Part shown: positions 10,367 through 23,155 of the stretch, piece after piece
Numbering within the stretch: position 1 is the first letter of the stretch
How the letters are laid out: each line of letters opens with the position of its first letter
Source of the DNA: Glaucostegus cemiculus
Lineage: Eukaryota
Length of the DNA: 64,000 nt
Direction: 5' to 3'
Assembly: GCA_976551045.1 (NCBI GenBank)
Contig: CDPCPM010000280.1
Span: 248,001-312,000 of the forward strand
Notes under the pieces: model-generated
Told to the model about the DNA's origin: nothing
The model's input: only the letters and a program-made list of their open reading frames with translations
Databases searched by the model: none
Translations under genes and position numbers: made by a program

Positions 10367-11774
10367 TAGTAAAAACTACAGGAAGGAAGAACTCAAAAAA
10401 TGAACAAGGGTGCTGGGTAAAATGACCTAGTCAAATTCTTGAAGTATTGATTTGATTTAAAATGTTGCAAAACATTACTTTGAATTGAGGGTTGACATGT
10501 ATGTTTTTTCCTCCAACCTGCTTCATAATTGCATTGTTCATTTCTAGCTCTGCTATTAATTTAAAATTAGCATTGATGTGAAATTTAAAAAGATAGGTAC
10601 AGTTTATTATTGTGAGACTGTTTAAAATATTTTTAACCATTTGAAGAAGTGCAAGCAGCCTTTGAAAGTTTACTATTAAAACCTAGTTGTATTTTGTAAA
10701 ACTGAAAATCTGGTAAAATATTCCACTGCGGACTCCTATGCCCACATGCGAATAGAGCAACTTACCTGTCAGGTTGATTATGTTCTGCCTCGGTAGGTTT
10801 GTCCTTTGTGCAAATATAAACAATTCTACAATATCTACAATTCAATACAGTTGTGGAATTATAAATTGTATTTCATTTAGTTTTTGTGTTACCATGAAGT
10901 GATAAGACAGGAAATGAACCATAGGTCAGCCTACAGCTGAAAGAGAAAGATAGGTAAATGCTTGATGCGTAATTCTTCGTCACACTGAGGCTAGAGTTGC
11001 TTTGCAGTAATTTTACCAATGACTCTTTCTTCCCTCCCTGAAGAACTGGCTTATGTTAGCATAGTCGGCATGCGAAATTGGATGGTTGAGCTTATGTTCC
11101 ACAATTCTGTTGTGCTTCAATTAACTACTTTCTATTACTTGTATTAAGTACTTGCTTCAATTAACTACAGCAGTTTGTATTATTTTAAAATGAGAAGAAG
11201 GTGTAAAATTTAAATACAACTTCTGGGTCTTTCACATAATGACAAAGGGATTGTTCCTGAGCGGAGCTGTTAATTGTTTTTCAGGATTGCTGCAAAGAGG
11301 GAAATAGATCATTGAAGCCCTTTTATGCGGTGCCATCCTATCGCCTTCTCATGGAGCTATGCATTACATTGTGCATCTGGAATAACCTGGATAGTATTGG
11401 ATGGACTTGGGACAGAGAAACCATAGTTTGCTCTCTTACCTTATAACATAATCTTCAAAGACTTGAACCATCAGAGAGTCTGTCGTTGGAGTGATGCCAT
11501 ATCATTTAAGAACCACTGGTGAACTATAATACATAAGAAGTTATGTCCAGAGCTGTGATCCAGTAATAATATTGATTTTTCCCTCCATACTGCCATGTAG
11601 ATGACAACGGTCTGTCTTGATCATTTCAACCAAAACTCAAAATAAAATTTAATGCAAATAAGTTTTATTTGGGAAAAGGCAAAAAACATAATCTGAAGTT
11701 TCAAAGTTGAATGTTTTAAGACTGTGTACTGCAAAATGAGCATGTATTTAATGAGTAAATTGTCATAACATGCT

Positions 11775-12127
11775 ACTTAAGAGAGGAATAGATAGAGTTA
11801 ATAGTCAGCGCCTCTTTCCCAGAGCGCAGATGCTCAAGACGAGAGGGCATGCCTTTAAGATAATAGGTGGAAAGTATAGGGGAGATGTCAGAGGGAAGTT
11901 TTTCACCCAGAGAGTGGTTGGTGCATGGAATGCACTGCCTGGGGTGGTAGTGGAGGCAGATACGTTGGACAGGTTTAAGAGATTGTTAGATAAGCACATG
12001 GAAGAATGTGGAATAGTAGGATATGAGGGTGGAAAGAGTTAGTTTGGGAGATGTTTGTAGGAGGGCACAGCTTGATGGGCCGAAGGGCCTGTTCTGTGCT
12101 GTATTGTTCTATTGTTCTATTGTTCTA
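11775..12127 (+). mobile_element. Well-preserved CR1/HER1 3' end
   Basis: ORF 11770-12042 (TRGHAFKI...FFTQRVVGAWNALP...FKRLLDKHM). Tail gggccgaagggcctgttctgtgctgta followed by (ttgttcta)n. Confidence 0.9.
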
Positions 12128-13689
12128 AAAGATCAATTATTTAAAATCAATTGGAAATGTCTATTTAGTATAAATATGAAAAAGATTCCTTAATGGCATT
12201 GTAATGATCTTGCTGCTATGATTCTCTTCCTGCTGAGTTTAGTTAACCAGTTGTTTGGATTGTGAGGAATATATCATCATAGCTCCCTTCTTAAGAAAGT
12301 TTGGTGAAGTAAAAGCAACTGGAACTTCACCATAAAGGCCAGAGCAGAATAATGGTGATGTATCAGTAAAACAAAACTCAGCAGTACAGTTTAGGTTTTT
12401 CTCACTGTAAGCTTGAGTTCTTTTTGGGATGACAGTTTATTCACTGTCAGACCAAGGTGAAACAATTATAGTCTGCTTATTGTTGGTGGGAGCAAGTTGA
12501 GGTGATGAGTTAAGTGAAATGTTGACCGAGAACTAAAAGTTATTGGCTTAACTGTATTTTGGCACATCAGTATTAGAAATGTTAGAAATGATAAATTGAT
12601 GCTGAAAGGAATGCTTATCCAAAGCTGAAAATGAGTATTTTTTGATTTGGGGAAGCAGTAGCTTTTCTGTCACCTACTATGTTATTGAAAGACTGGATGA
12701 CATGCTGGGTGACTTCCTGGTACTTCAGTAATCTTGTTTATTGTTTTTGTTAACTGAAGTATTTCAGAATTTCAGAATTCTATTTGATATTTTAAATTAT
12801 AACACAAGGGATGAGGCAGTGGATATTATAAAGATGACTGCTTATTTGTAGCATTTTAAGGCTTTATAGGCAGACTTAAATTAAAATTGTTTTAAGCGAG
12901 TGCACCACTTGCAACTCTTGTCATTGTAAGAATTCTGATGAATGTTACAGAAGTGCAAAACCCATTTGTACTTGAGAGTAATGATATAGAATGGGAAATG
13001 GCAAAATATTATCCTTATTCAAGTGCTGGGCCTTAACAGGATGAATCATGCAAAATTTGAATTACATTTCGAAAAGTATGTAGTGATAAAGCTAATAAGA
13101 CACTTTGATTTGTACAGAGAAATCTTTTGGCCAGGCAACAACTATAGTGAGGGTAACAGTTAACTACAAAGGTTACATTGGCTGGAGATTTTTGATATAT
13201 GAGAACAGGCTGAAATTATATGATAACGTGAAAAGAGGTAGATGACAAGGGCAGTGAGAATTATTGCAAGGGGTTGTGGGAGGTTCACTGCCATTACTGA
13301 AATTGTCCAACATTTTAGTTCATTCCTTTTAGTGTTGGTTAATTGTGGAATCAGCTTTGGTGTGCCAGACATTTGCATTTCTGGCCCTTGATTGCTCATT
13401 ATGGAGAAGGAACACTTGACATGATAGTGAGATTCTTGAGGCCGTGCATAATCCGCAGATGGAGCGTGTCATCTCACAACCAACTACCTACTTCCAGGTC
13501 TGGTGGCTACCACTTGCCCCATCTGTGTGAGAATCTGTAGTTCCTACATTAGCTACTTTAGAACCCACAAAAACAGACAGAAATCAAGTCAACCTTAATC
13601 CTGAGGAATCCTAAATACAACAATTATTGGTCAGTCGGTTTAACCTTTGTGGTGAGAGACTTCCGAAAATGACAATCGGGGACAGAATT

Positions 13690-14830
13690 GGAAGTTATTT
13701 GGTTGAGTGTAGATTGATTAGAAACTCATGGAATTGATAAAGGCAAATTATGCTTAAGTGATGTGATAAAAAAATTTTTGTGAAATAACACAGATGTTTG
13801 ATGAAGGAAGTGCAGTTGATCTGATTTATAGACTTCCAAAAGTGCTGAATAATATGATTAAAGCTTGAGGAATGAAAGGAACAATAATAGCATGTGTAGA
13901 CAATTGGGTGAGTGAAATAAAACAATTAATACTAGTGAATTTTTTTGGACTGGAGTGAAGCACACAATGATGTTCCCAGTGGTCAGCGCTAGAAACAGTT
14001 TTTAGTATACAGTATTTAAATTTCTTGAGTAGAGGGCATAGTTTCTCAATGTGAGATGGCACAAAAGTTGCAAGTATGATGAATTGCAAGGTGGATAGTA
14101 TAACCAAACTAGTGGAAAGGGTGGACATGTAGCAGATGTAATTTAATGGATAAATATGATGTAATTTGGTGGGAAGAATGAGGAAATGTGTGAACTAGAG
14201 GGCACACTTACAAAAAGTAAAAGAACGGAGAAACTGGAGATATATGAACATGTATTGTTGAAAGTCGTAGGGCAGGTACAGAAAGTGATAAAGCATGTTG
14301 GATCATAGGCTTTATAAATAAAAGCAAAATTAACAAGAGCAGGGAAGTCATTAACCAAAATAATACCATGATTTGCCCACAATTTGAGTACTGTGTCCAG
14401 TTTTCTCTGTCATGTTTCATGAGAGATGTGAAGATCTCAGAGAAGATGCAGAAGAGATTTAGCTGAATGAATCCAGTGAATAGTTAAATGGATACATTGG
14501 AGAAGCTGGAGCAATTCTCCTTTGAACAGTGGAGGATACAAGGAGACCTGACAGATGTAGTCAGAATCATGAAGGTTCTGTCCAGAGTGGATGAAAGGAA
14601 CTGCCTCCATTGGTGGAAGTGTCAAGAACTAAAGGATCCTGAGGAAATCATTTTTTTTCCACAGAGGGTGGTTAGAGTTTGGAATACATATGAGGGGATT
14701 AGAGGAAGCAGATATAGTCATGCATTGAATATAGGTAAGTACTAACAAGGAAAAGGTTTGCAGGACAATGGGGAGAAGCTGCTATGTGGCACTTGCTGCA
14801 TTGAGCTCAGTGGGCCAAGTGATGTCTCTG
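13690..14830 (+). mobile_element. Degenerate CR1 ORF2 RT-to-3' fragment
   Basis: gacttccaaaag (DFQK) and gagtactgtgtccagttt (EYCVQF). ORF 14488-14745 contains GDLTDVVRIMK...FFPQRVVRVWN. Confidence 0.8.
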
Positions 14831-14962
14831 AATTTGTTCTGCTCACAGTGCAAAATTGTCTTTGTTTTTTGAGTGTTGACCTTACTTAGAGGAGCTTGAA
14901 GGATAATTCACTCTGAGAATAAGAAATGGTTCTGAAGTTCATGACAGGATAGCTTTTGAGGG

Positions 14963-15020
14963 ATCATAGAACATAGATACCTACAGCACAATTCAGGCCC
15001 TTCAGCCCACAAAGCTGTGG
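14963..15020 (-). mobile_element. CR1/HE1-type 3' tail fragment
   Basis: catagaacatagatacctacagcacaattcaggcccttcagccc is the reverse of the HER1-type tail. Confidence 0.6.
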
Positions 15021-15024
15021 TATT

Positions 15025-15130
15025 GGCCTGAAGTATTAATTCTGTTTCTCTGTCCCACTGCCCGACCTCCTTATTGCCAGCAATTTCTGTTTTTAATTCA
15101 GATTTTCAGTATCTGAAGTATTTTGCATTT
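15025..15130 (+). mobile_element. Penelope terminal-repeat arm
   Basis: ggcctgaagtattaattctgtttctct...ccgacct...cagcaatttctgtttttaattcagattttcagtatctgaag. Confidence 0.5.
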
Positions 15131-15439
15131 CTCTGTAATTGCAAACTGTATGTGACTTATCGCACAGCTACAGCAGCTCCCGAGGTAGGTTGGTCCAATG
15201 TTATGATGTGAAATTGTGAAGGCAAGAAAATGTTACAGTTTATTTTAGTATTAACACCCTGTATCTTAAGCATAAAAATATCACAAAACAAAAGAAATTG
15301 ATCTCGGGCATATCTTTCAGCTGCTCTTGGAAAGAAGGATTTGATTTTGTGAACCCTGATGAGTGTAACATTTTAAGTTTGTAACTAGAATTCAATGGCA
15401 GCCATAGACTAATAAGCTATTTTATGTTGGTCGAAGGCA

Positions 15440-15797
15440 AAAGATCCTGAAGGGAAATGATGGTCGAGATGTTCCCACTACTGGGAGAGTCTCAAGCAGA
15501 CATGGTTTCAAGATTAGGGGGTGGTCATTTAATACTGAGGTCTGTAGGAACATCATCTAACAGGATGGTGAACCTGGAATTCTGTACCTTGGAGATTTGT
15601 GGAGACTGGGTCACCAGGGGCATTTAAAGAGCAAATACATGCATTTCTGAAGAATCAGAAAATTGAGTGCTATGGGAATCAGGTGCAGAAGAGGAGATGA
15701 AGCCTGGGACAGATAGCCTTAATCACGTTGAATGGTGAGGCAGGCTTCACTTAAGGACTGAGTGGCCTACTCCTGCTCCTGTTTTCCTATTTTCTTT
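15440..15797 (+). mobile_element. CR1 3' end (second tail type)
   Basis: Tail ttgaatggtgaggcaggctt...gagtggcctactcctgctcctgttttcctat. Confidence 0.7.
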
Positions 15798-16889
15798 TGC
15801 TGTTTCTGACACAGAACAAATGGTGCATCTCCAAAATAAGTTCATTGGATTTCCTAAAGTCAGCTGTCATGAAAACAAGATCTTTCTGGTTGTGGGATTT
15901 AGCAAATCAGAAAATTCATAATACAGTTGCTGCAGCCTGTACAAGCCTTGCCATCTGGAATGGGAAATGGTAACTATCACTAACTTCGCACTAAAATGCA
16001 CATGTCCAAATAGACTATATTTTTTTCATATGCAATAGGAGATGAGAAGTGCAGATGATAACTATCAATTTCGTTAGAGAATTTGCCTTAGTCAGATAGC
16101 TAGTTAAATCCACTGGGCCAGATTCTGGTTGATCCAGGTGGTTTCACATGTCTGTTCCCTGCCTTCGTGGTCTCAGATAAATTTTGCTGCCTGCATATTG
16201 ATTTGTCTTGCAGGCCTCACTGACATGGCATCTTGTGAGATGTAGTAGTGTATGAGCAGTGTCTTGGCCCCTGGAGAAAGGACCCAGTGGTCCAGTGGTT
16301 CACCACTTCCTCCTCTCCTACCCCCCCCCCCCCCCCAAGACAAATCAAAAGTGTTTAGATTATTGGGGGAGAAAAAAATTATGACAATCACAAAAAATAC
16401 TTAACCCTTTTACATGTCATTTATTGATTGAAAATACTGTAAAAATATAGAGGGGAAAAAAACTAGTTCCCAAAAATCCTTTTTCAACAAATCAGTTGGG
16501 GAATACTACATAAAGTATCCTTTCCTGGTGTAAAACTGAGGATATAGATACAAAGGATGCTTGTGCTGCACTCCTGGACTCAATATTGAGTCTAGTAGCA
16601 GAACAGGCAGTCAGATAATGAAGAGAACCTTGTTAATGGGTACATATATTTTAGGCCAATAACGTCTTGAACAAATCTAAGTTTAAGATTCTGTTCTGGA
16701 TACCAACAAAAGTATGGAATTCTCTTTTACACCTTTAGGAACTGGTGATAACAAACTTGCAAAGAAGAACCAGCTATAGATTCTAGATGAAAAGTTATTT
16801 ATAATTTTCAGTACAAAAGCAGAAGATTGCTTGACCAATCGGATAACATCTGGAAGAATATAGTGGAATTTTGGAAAGGATCAAGTATT

Positions 16890-17022
16890 AGAACATAAGA
16901 ACACAATAAAAATAGGACTATGAGTACGCTGCTAGGCCCTGCAAGCTTGTCCCATTATTCAGTGTGATTGTGGCTTATCTCTGTTGGCCTCAACTCCTCT
17001 TCTGTGCCAATTCCCCATAACC
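16890..17022 (-). mobile_element. CR1 3' tail fragment
   Basis: agaacataagaaca...aataggac...ggccct...ccattattcagtgtgattgtggct. Confidence 0.55.
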
Positions 17023-17069
17023 TGTTTTAATGTCTGCTTAGTGAGCTCCATTTCTTCCACAATACAAAT

Positions 17070-18130
17070 ACAAAAGCTGGAGCATAAGGTAAGCATTTAT
17101 GGTTTTGTGGCAAGTGTATCAGCATGGATAGAAGATTAATTATCACATAAAAAACAGAGTCAGAATAAACTGATTTTTTTCTGGCTGGAAGTAGCAGAGT
17201 GTCCCAAGGATCAATTCTTGACCCTCAACTATTGACCTGGTAGAAGGGGCAGATTGTAAGGTATTGAGGTTTGCAAATGGCATGAAAATAGGTGTGAAGG
17301 CATATTATGATGAGGATATTTGGACTGCAACAGGATGTGGATAGGTTGAGTGAGTGGGAAATCTGGCAAATGGCGTTTAATGTGGGAGAGCATGAGGTCA
17401 TCCACTTTGGTAAGAGGAATCTAAAGATGAGCTATAATCTAAATGGAGAAAATTGCAGATGAGCAAATTGCAGAGGAATCCAGGATGGGTGGGAGGTGGT
17501 GGCTTAGGGCCCTGCATTTCAGTTTTACCTGTAGCCCTCCCTGGCAACCTTTCTTGTGAAAGGATTGGAGTTTTGAAATGGGATAGTGTTGTTACCGTTG
17601 TCCAGAGTAATGGTAAGGCCATACCTGGAGTACTGTGAACAGTTTTGGTCCTCTTATTTAAGAAAGGATAGACTGGCATTGGAGGCAATACGATGGGGAG
17701 CTAATTCTTGGGAATTCAATGGCAATAACCTTTCACAAGCAGCTATAGAAATTATTTTCTATATTCTTTTGGAGCTTAGAAAAGTGAGAGACAATCTTAT
17801 TGAAATGTGTAAGATCCCGAGGGGACGTGACAGGTGAGATGCTCCCACGAGTGGGAGGATCATGAAGGGGAGACATAGTTACAAGGTAAGGGGGTGGTCA
17901 TTTAAACCATAACTTCATGCAGAAGGTTGTGAATCTCTGAAATTCACAACTCTGGAGGAATGAAGGGGAAGTAGACATATGTTTGCAAGATCAAGGAACT
18001 GTGGCCTATGGAGAAATGGCACAGAAGAGGAGATAACATTTGGGGCATATCAGTTATGATTCTATTGAGTTATGAGTCAAACTTGAGGGGCCAGGTGGCA
18101 TTATCCTGCTCCCGCTTTCCTTTGTTCTTG
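17070..18130 (+). mobile_element. CR1 ORF2 RT-to-3' fragment
   Basis: gtcccaaggatc (PQGS-like). ORF 17586-17837 contains VRPYLEYCEQFWSSYLRKD. A 3' tail is present. Confidence 0.8.
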
Positions 18131-18374
18131 TGCTAATATTTCCCCTCTTGCAGTACAGGACATAAGACAACAAGAAGATTCAGTACTATCTGAAAAACGC
18201 TGCCATCTCCTTATACAGAGGTATTTTGTCAGTATGCTCATTTCTTTGATCAAAGGGGATCAAGAATAATACATAATGCAACACACTGCCAGGTAAGTTC
18301 AACATCTTGCATTCCAAAATATCAAGAGGATTTGAAAGTCTTTTGATAATTATTAGAATGATAATTGATATTAA

Positions 18375-18490
18375 GAGAAGCAAGGCATATAGGGTTAAAA
18401 CAGGAAAGTGGTGCTGAGGTAGAGATCAGCCATGATCTTATTGAATGGCGAAACAACTGGGAGGGGTTTCTGTTTCTTATGTCTTTATGA
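18375..18490 (+). mobile_element. Short CR1 3' tail
   Basis: ggtgctgaggtagagatcagccatgatcttattgaatggcg...tttcttatgtctttatg. Confidence 0.6.
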
Positions 18491-18511
18491 GATATTAGAA
18501 GTATCATTGAA

Positions 18512-19890
18512 GACCACAAGACATCGGAGCAGAATTAGGCCATTCGGCCCATTGAGTCCACTCCACCATTCAATCATGGCTGATTTATTTTTCCCTCAAC
18601 CTCAATCTCCTGCCTTCTCCTCATAACCTTTGTTGCTCTTACTAATCAAGAACCTATCAACTTCAGCATTAAATATACCCAATGACTTGGCCTCCACAGC
18701 CATCTGTGGCAATGAATTCCAGAGATTCATCACCCTCTGGCTAAAGAAGTTCCATCTCATCTCTGTTCTAAAGTGACATCCTTTTATTTCTGAAGTTGTG
18801 CTCTCTGGTCCTAGACTCTCCCACTACTGGAAACATCCTCTCCATGTCTGCTTTATCCAGGCCTTTCAACATTCGGTAGGTTTCAATGAGATCCCCCCCT
18901 CATCCTTCTAAACTCCAACGGGTACAGGCCCAGAGCCATCAAACTCTCCTCGTACGTTAACGCTTTCATTCCTGGGATCATGCTTGTAAACCTCCTCTGG
19001 ACCGTCTCCAATGCCAGCACATCCTTCCTTAGATATGGGGCCCAAAACTGCTCACAATACTCCGAATGTGGTCTGACCAATGCCTTATAAAGCCACAGCA
19101 TTAAATCCTTGCTCTTGTATTCTAGTCCTCTCAAAATGAATGCTATTGTTGCATACGCCTTCCTTACTACTGACTCAACCTGCAAGTTAACCTTTAGGGA
19201 ATCCTGAACTAGGACTCCCAAGTCCTTTTGCCCTCTGATTTCTGAATTCACTCCCATTTAGAAAATAGTTTTATTCCTTCTACCAAAGAGCATGACCATA
19301 CACTTCCCTACACTGTTTTCCATCTGCCACATCTTTGCCTATTCTTTGCCTATTCTCCCAACCTGTCCAAGTCCTTCTGCAGATGTGCTGCTTCCTCAAT
19401 ACTACCTGCTACTATCTTTGTATCATCCACAGACTTCACCACAAAGCCATCAATTCCATCATCCAGATCATTAACACATAATGAAGTGGACCCAACATCG
19501 ACCCTTGTGGAATGCCACTAGTCACTGGCAGCCAACCAGAAAAGGCCCCCTTTATTCCCACTCTTTGCCTTCTGCCAGTCAGCTGATCTTCTATCCATGC
19601 TAGTACCTTTGCTTTAATACCATGAGCTCCTATCTTGTTTAGCATCCTCAGGTGCGGCACTTTGTCAAAGGCCTTCTGAAAATCCAAGTAAACAACAGCT
19701 ACTAACTCTCCTTTGTCTATCCTGCCTGTTATGTCCGCAAAGAATTCCAACAGATTTGTCGGGCAAGATTTCCCCTTAAGGAAACCATGCTGACTTCAGC
19801 CTATTTTAGTATGTGCTTCCAAGTACCTTGAAACCTCATCCTTAAAAATTTCCTGTCTTTTGCTTCCCTCCCTTCTTAAAGAGTGGAGAA
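18512..19890 (-). mobile_element. Well-preserved CR1 ORF2 RT and 3' end
   Basis: ORFs 19436-19750 (YLDFQKAFDKVPH, SGIPQGSMLGP) and 18883-19257 (KDLGVLV, LYKALVRPHSEYCEQFWAPYLRKD). Frameshifted. Confidence 0.92.
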
Positions 19891-20149
19891 AAATTTAGAA
19901 TTGGACTGCGTATGAAAATGTGACTCCTGACAATTCTGCTTTAGGTATTGGAGGAGGGGGAATTACGATACAGAGAAGTCCAGATTAAAACAATAGCAAT
20001 ATAAAAGCAGCTCCCTACAGCTGCTGTGTTTTGTTGCCTATAGGTTAACTGCCACCTTCCTGTGTAGTAACAGTGAAGTTTATGGGGCATTAAATAAAAA
20101 AATGTATATAATCCTTTTGATTATTTGAGTGAATCAACTTAATTTGAAT

Positions 20150-20350
20150 TTACAGAATACAAAAATACAGAAACTCTCTGGATGTTAGGTACATCAATGG
20201 AGAGAACAGATCATTAATGTCTTGTGTGTCTGAACCTTTCGATACAACTCGCAATTTGAGTCAATACAATAAAGTTGTTAACCTGTCCGTGCTGTCCCCA
20301 AGTATCGCTTGAAATGCTGAATATTTCTAACATTTTCAGTTTATTTTTAT
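20150..20350. mobile_element. Old Penelope-derived palindromic mini-element
   Basis: Left arm acatcaatggagagaacagatcattaatgt. Right arm gttaacctgtcc...tgctgaatatttctaacattttcagtttatttt. Confidence 0.4.
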
Positions 20351-21284
20351 TGGGATTAAGTTGGCTTCAACCTGGTGAAGAGATATCTCCATTAAGCTCC
20401 ATGTTACAAAACAATGCATAGTTTTCCAGCACACCTTTGTAGTTAGTATGCAGATCTTTCTTTGGATGCTCTCAAAGCTGCTGAGCATTTTTCTGGAAAG
20501 CTACACCTGTTGACTGTCTGTGCTTCATATAATGACTAGTGCTTTAATGTAACACGTCAATTTAAATTCATAAGAATGGAGATTGGATGCTGTAGGGGCA
20601 TGAAGCTGCATTTTGAAAAGCAGTAAAAGTCACAAGTCTAACTCTATCATTATAATTTAAGGTTATCAGATTGTTGCTTGTCTTCAGGTGAGTGGTGAAA
20701 TAATTAAAACTCTAACTCTCATACCCAGATGCAGTTTAGAACTTGATTAAGTACTTTATTACGTCTTCTATAGACTTATTAGTTACTGAATCTGTCCACA
20801 TTAAAATCCACAGAGGTTCTAGTGTTACTAATCAAATGGTAGTAATTTGTGGCCTGAAGAAATGACTGTGTTTAATTTATCTGAATAATTCCTTTAATAA
20901 GTAAACAGTCATCAGGCTCGAATCTTTTGTGATGCAAATAGATTTAGTACTGCACAGAATTTTAAAAGGACTGATTTTTCTCTAGGACGTGAATCTCTGT
21001 ATAAGCAAATAAAAGGAGGTGATGTATGCTTATATGCAGGCTTGGACATGAGAAGCTGTGCCAATAAATTTGATTGCTTCTCTCCAGAATTTGGAGTGGA
21101 AAGATGATTGTCTAAACCTTTCTTTTAACTCTGTTTCCTACTCTAATCTCTCAATATTAATAATCTTCACTTTTCCTTTATCTGCTCTTTTGTTTACACT
21201 TGTGTTCTACATTCATTTTCATCATAGGCATTCCCTCAGAGTTGAGGATGTCTTTTTTCTATTTTAGTGCTGTAGTTGTGAAAT

Positions 21285-21915
21285 TACTGAAGTGGGATCT
21301 ACAGAGTCTGCTCCAGGAGAGGGGGTGGTGCTTGAACGGGTGGGTAGATATTTTTGGATGTTGTATTGTTCCATTGATTGCTCTTAGCCCTTGCTGTCAT
21401 TGCAGAAATATGTGGTGTTCTGTTGCCTCCTGATGATCCTTCTTTGTTCTGAATGTTCTCTGGCCAATGATTCCCATGAGTCAGTGACAATGATACGTAT
21501 TGAGAAACTCCTTGAAGAAATATTGCACTGGGGCAGAGCATAGAGCAAGGTGCTTATTTAGGCATTTGGGTTTCATTCATGTGGACAATGTGGCCCACCC
21601 ACTGGTGCCTCAATACTAATCATGTTGGCCAAGGAGAGGATGTTGATGTTGGTTCACTTATCCTGTCAATAAACTTGGAGGGTTTTGCATGGACAACATT
21701 GGCTGTGCTTTTCCAGTGCTCAGAGTTGCCTGTCTGTTCTTGGGTTGTCCATGCCTTTGAAGCATATGGGAAGGATCAGTGTTGCTCATAACACCATGAA
21801 CATTGATTGGTTTGAGGCATTAGTTTTGTAACATTCTGTTCCTCTGTGCCTTGAAGGTGGTTCACTGGGGATAGTGGTGCATCTCATCATTGATCTCAGC
21901 CTTTACTAGATGTTA
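21285..21915 (-). mobile_element. RTE-clade LINE 3' fragment
   Basis: Minus-strand pieces encode PYASKAWTT, TNINILSLANM and WVGHIVHMNETQMPK, typical RTE post-RT motifs. Homologous to 32790-32900. Confidence 0.7.
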
Positions 21916-22057
21916 TTAATATACCTCCTTCACATCCTATGCCTTCAGTTCATGCAGTCTTAATTTCTTTTAATGAACTGGTTGAATTACTAAATCTTAA
22001 CTTCCTGTCTTTTGGTGGGCAATGCTATTTCTTCAAATGCAACAAATGGCTACTGGT

Positions 22058-23155
22058 TATTGCCCTTGACTTTAGTAAGGCTTTTGATAAGGTCCTATGT
22101 GGTAGGCTGCTCCAGAAGATTTAAAGCACAAGGGATCTATGGTGTGTTGGTAAACTGGATACAAAATTAGCTTGGTGATAGGAGGTGGGTGGTAATTGTG
22201 GCTGGGTGTTTTTCTGACTGGAAGCTTGTAACAAGTAGTGTACCACAGGGAGCATTGTTTATGATATATATGAATGATTTGGATGAGAATGTAGGTGGTC
22301 TGATTAGCAAGTTTGCATGACATTAAAATTGGTGGTGTCGTAGTTATTGAAGAAGGTTGTTTCAGAATACGGCAGGACATAGATCTGCTGGAAAGCTGGG
22401 TGGAGTCATAGCAGATGGAACTCATTTCAGGCAAGTGTGAGGTAATGCAATTTGGGAAGTCAAATTTTGGCAGGACACACACAGTAAACGGCAGAGACCT
22501 AAAATGCATTGGTGTAGAGCAAGAACATTGGGTGCAAGACCATGTCTCCCTCAAAATGGAGGCATTGATGGATGGAGTGGTGAAGAAGGCATTTGGTATG
22601 CTTGCCTTCAGAGATATTGTGGATAAGAGTTGGGACATCATGTTGCATCTGTACAAAACATTGGTTATATTACAGCTAGAGTATTGTGTACAGTTCTGAT
22701 TGTCACACTACAGAAAGGATGTGATTGCAAATGAGTGCAGAAGAAATTCACTAGGACTGGAACAGAGGGCTGTAGTTGTATAGAGAGATTGGATAGGCTG
22801 GGTTTACACTCACTGGGATATACAAGGCGGAGGGATGAACTTGTAGAAGTTTATAAAATCACGAGGGGCAAAAAATGGGTGGGTGGTCTTTTTTCCCGGG
22901 GCAAGTGAGTCCAGAACCAGAGGGCCCAGGTTTAAGGTGAGAGGAGAGAAATTTAAAGGAAATTTAATGTAAGTTTTTTCCACCCAGAATATGGTGGTTA
23001 TCTGGAATGAGCTGCCAGAGGAGGTAGTGGCGGAAGATATAATTATAACATTTAAAAGGCATAGACGGATATAGACCTAATGCAAGCAAATGGAAATAGT
23101 GTAGATAGGTATCACGGTCAGCCTGTTTCTGTGCTGTACAATACTATGCTTCTAT
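22058..23155 (+). mobile_element. CR1/HER1 RT-to-3' fragment
   Basis: LDFSKAFDKV (ORF 21939-22124), KCEVMQFG and LYKTLV..LEYCVQF (ORF 22415-22699). Tail gcctgtttctgtgctgta. Confidence 0.85.

Noticed and set aside
16321-16336. Poly-C run as a G-quadruplex regulatory element
   Set aside because: Simple homopolymer with no supporting context.
22072-22656. Longest ORF (194 aa, minus strand)
   Set aside because: Antisense frame of a plus-strand CR1 RT fragment.
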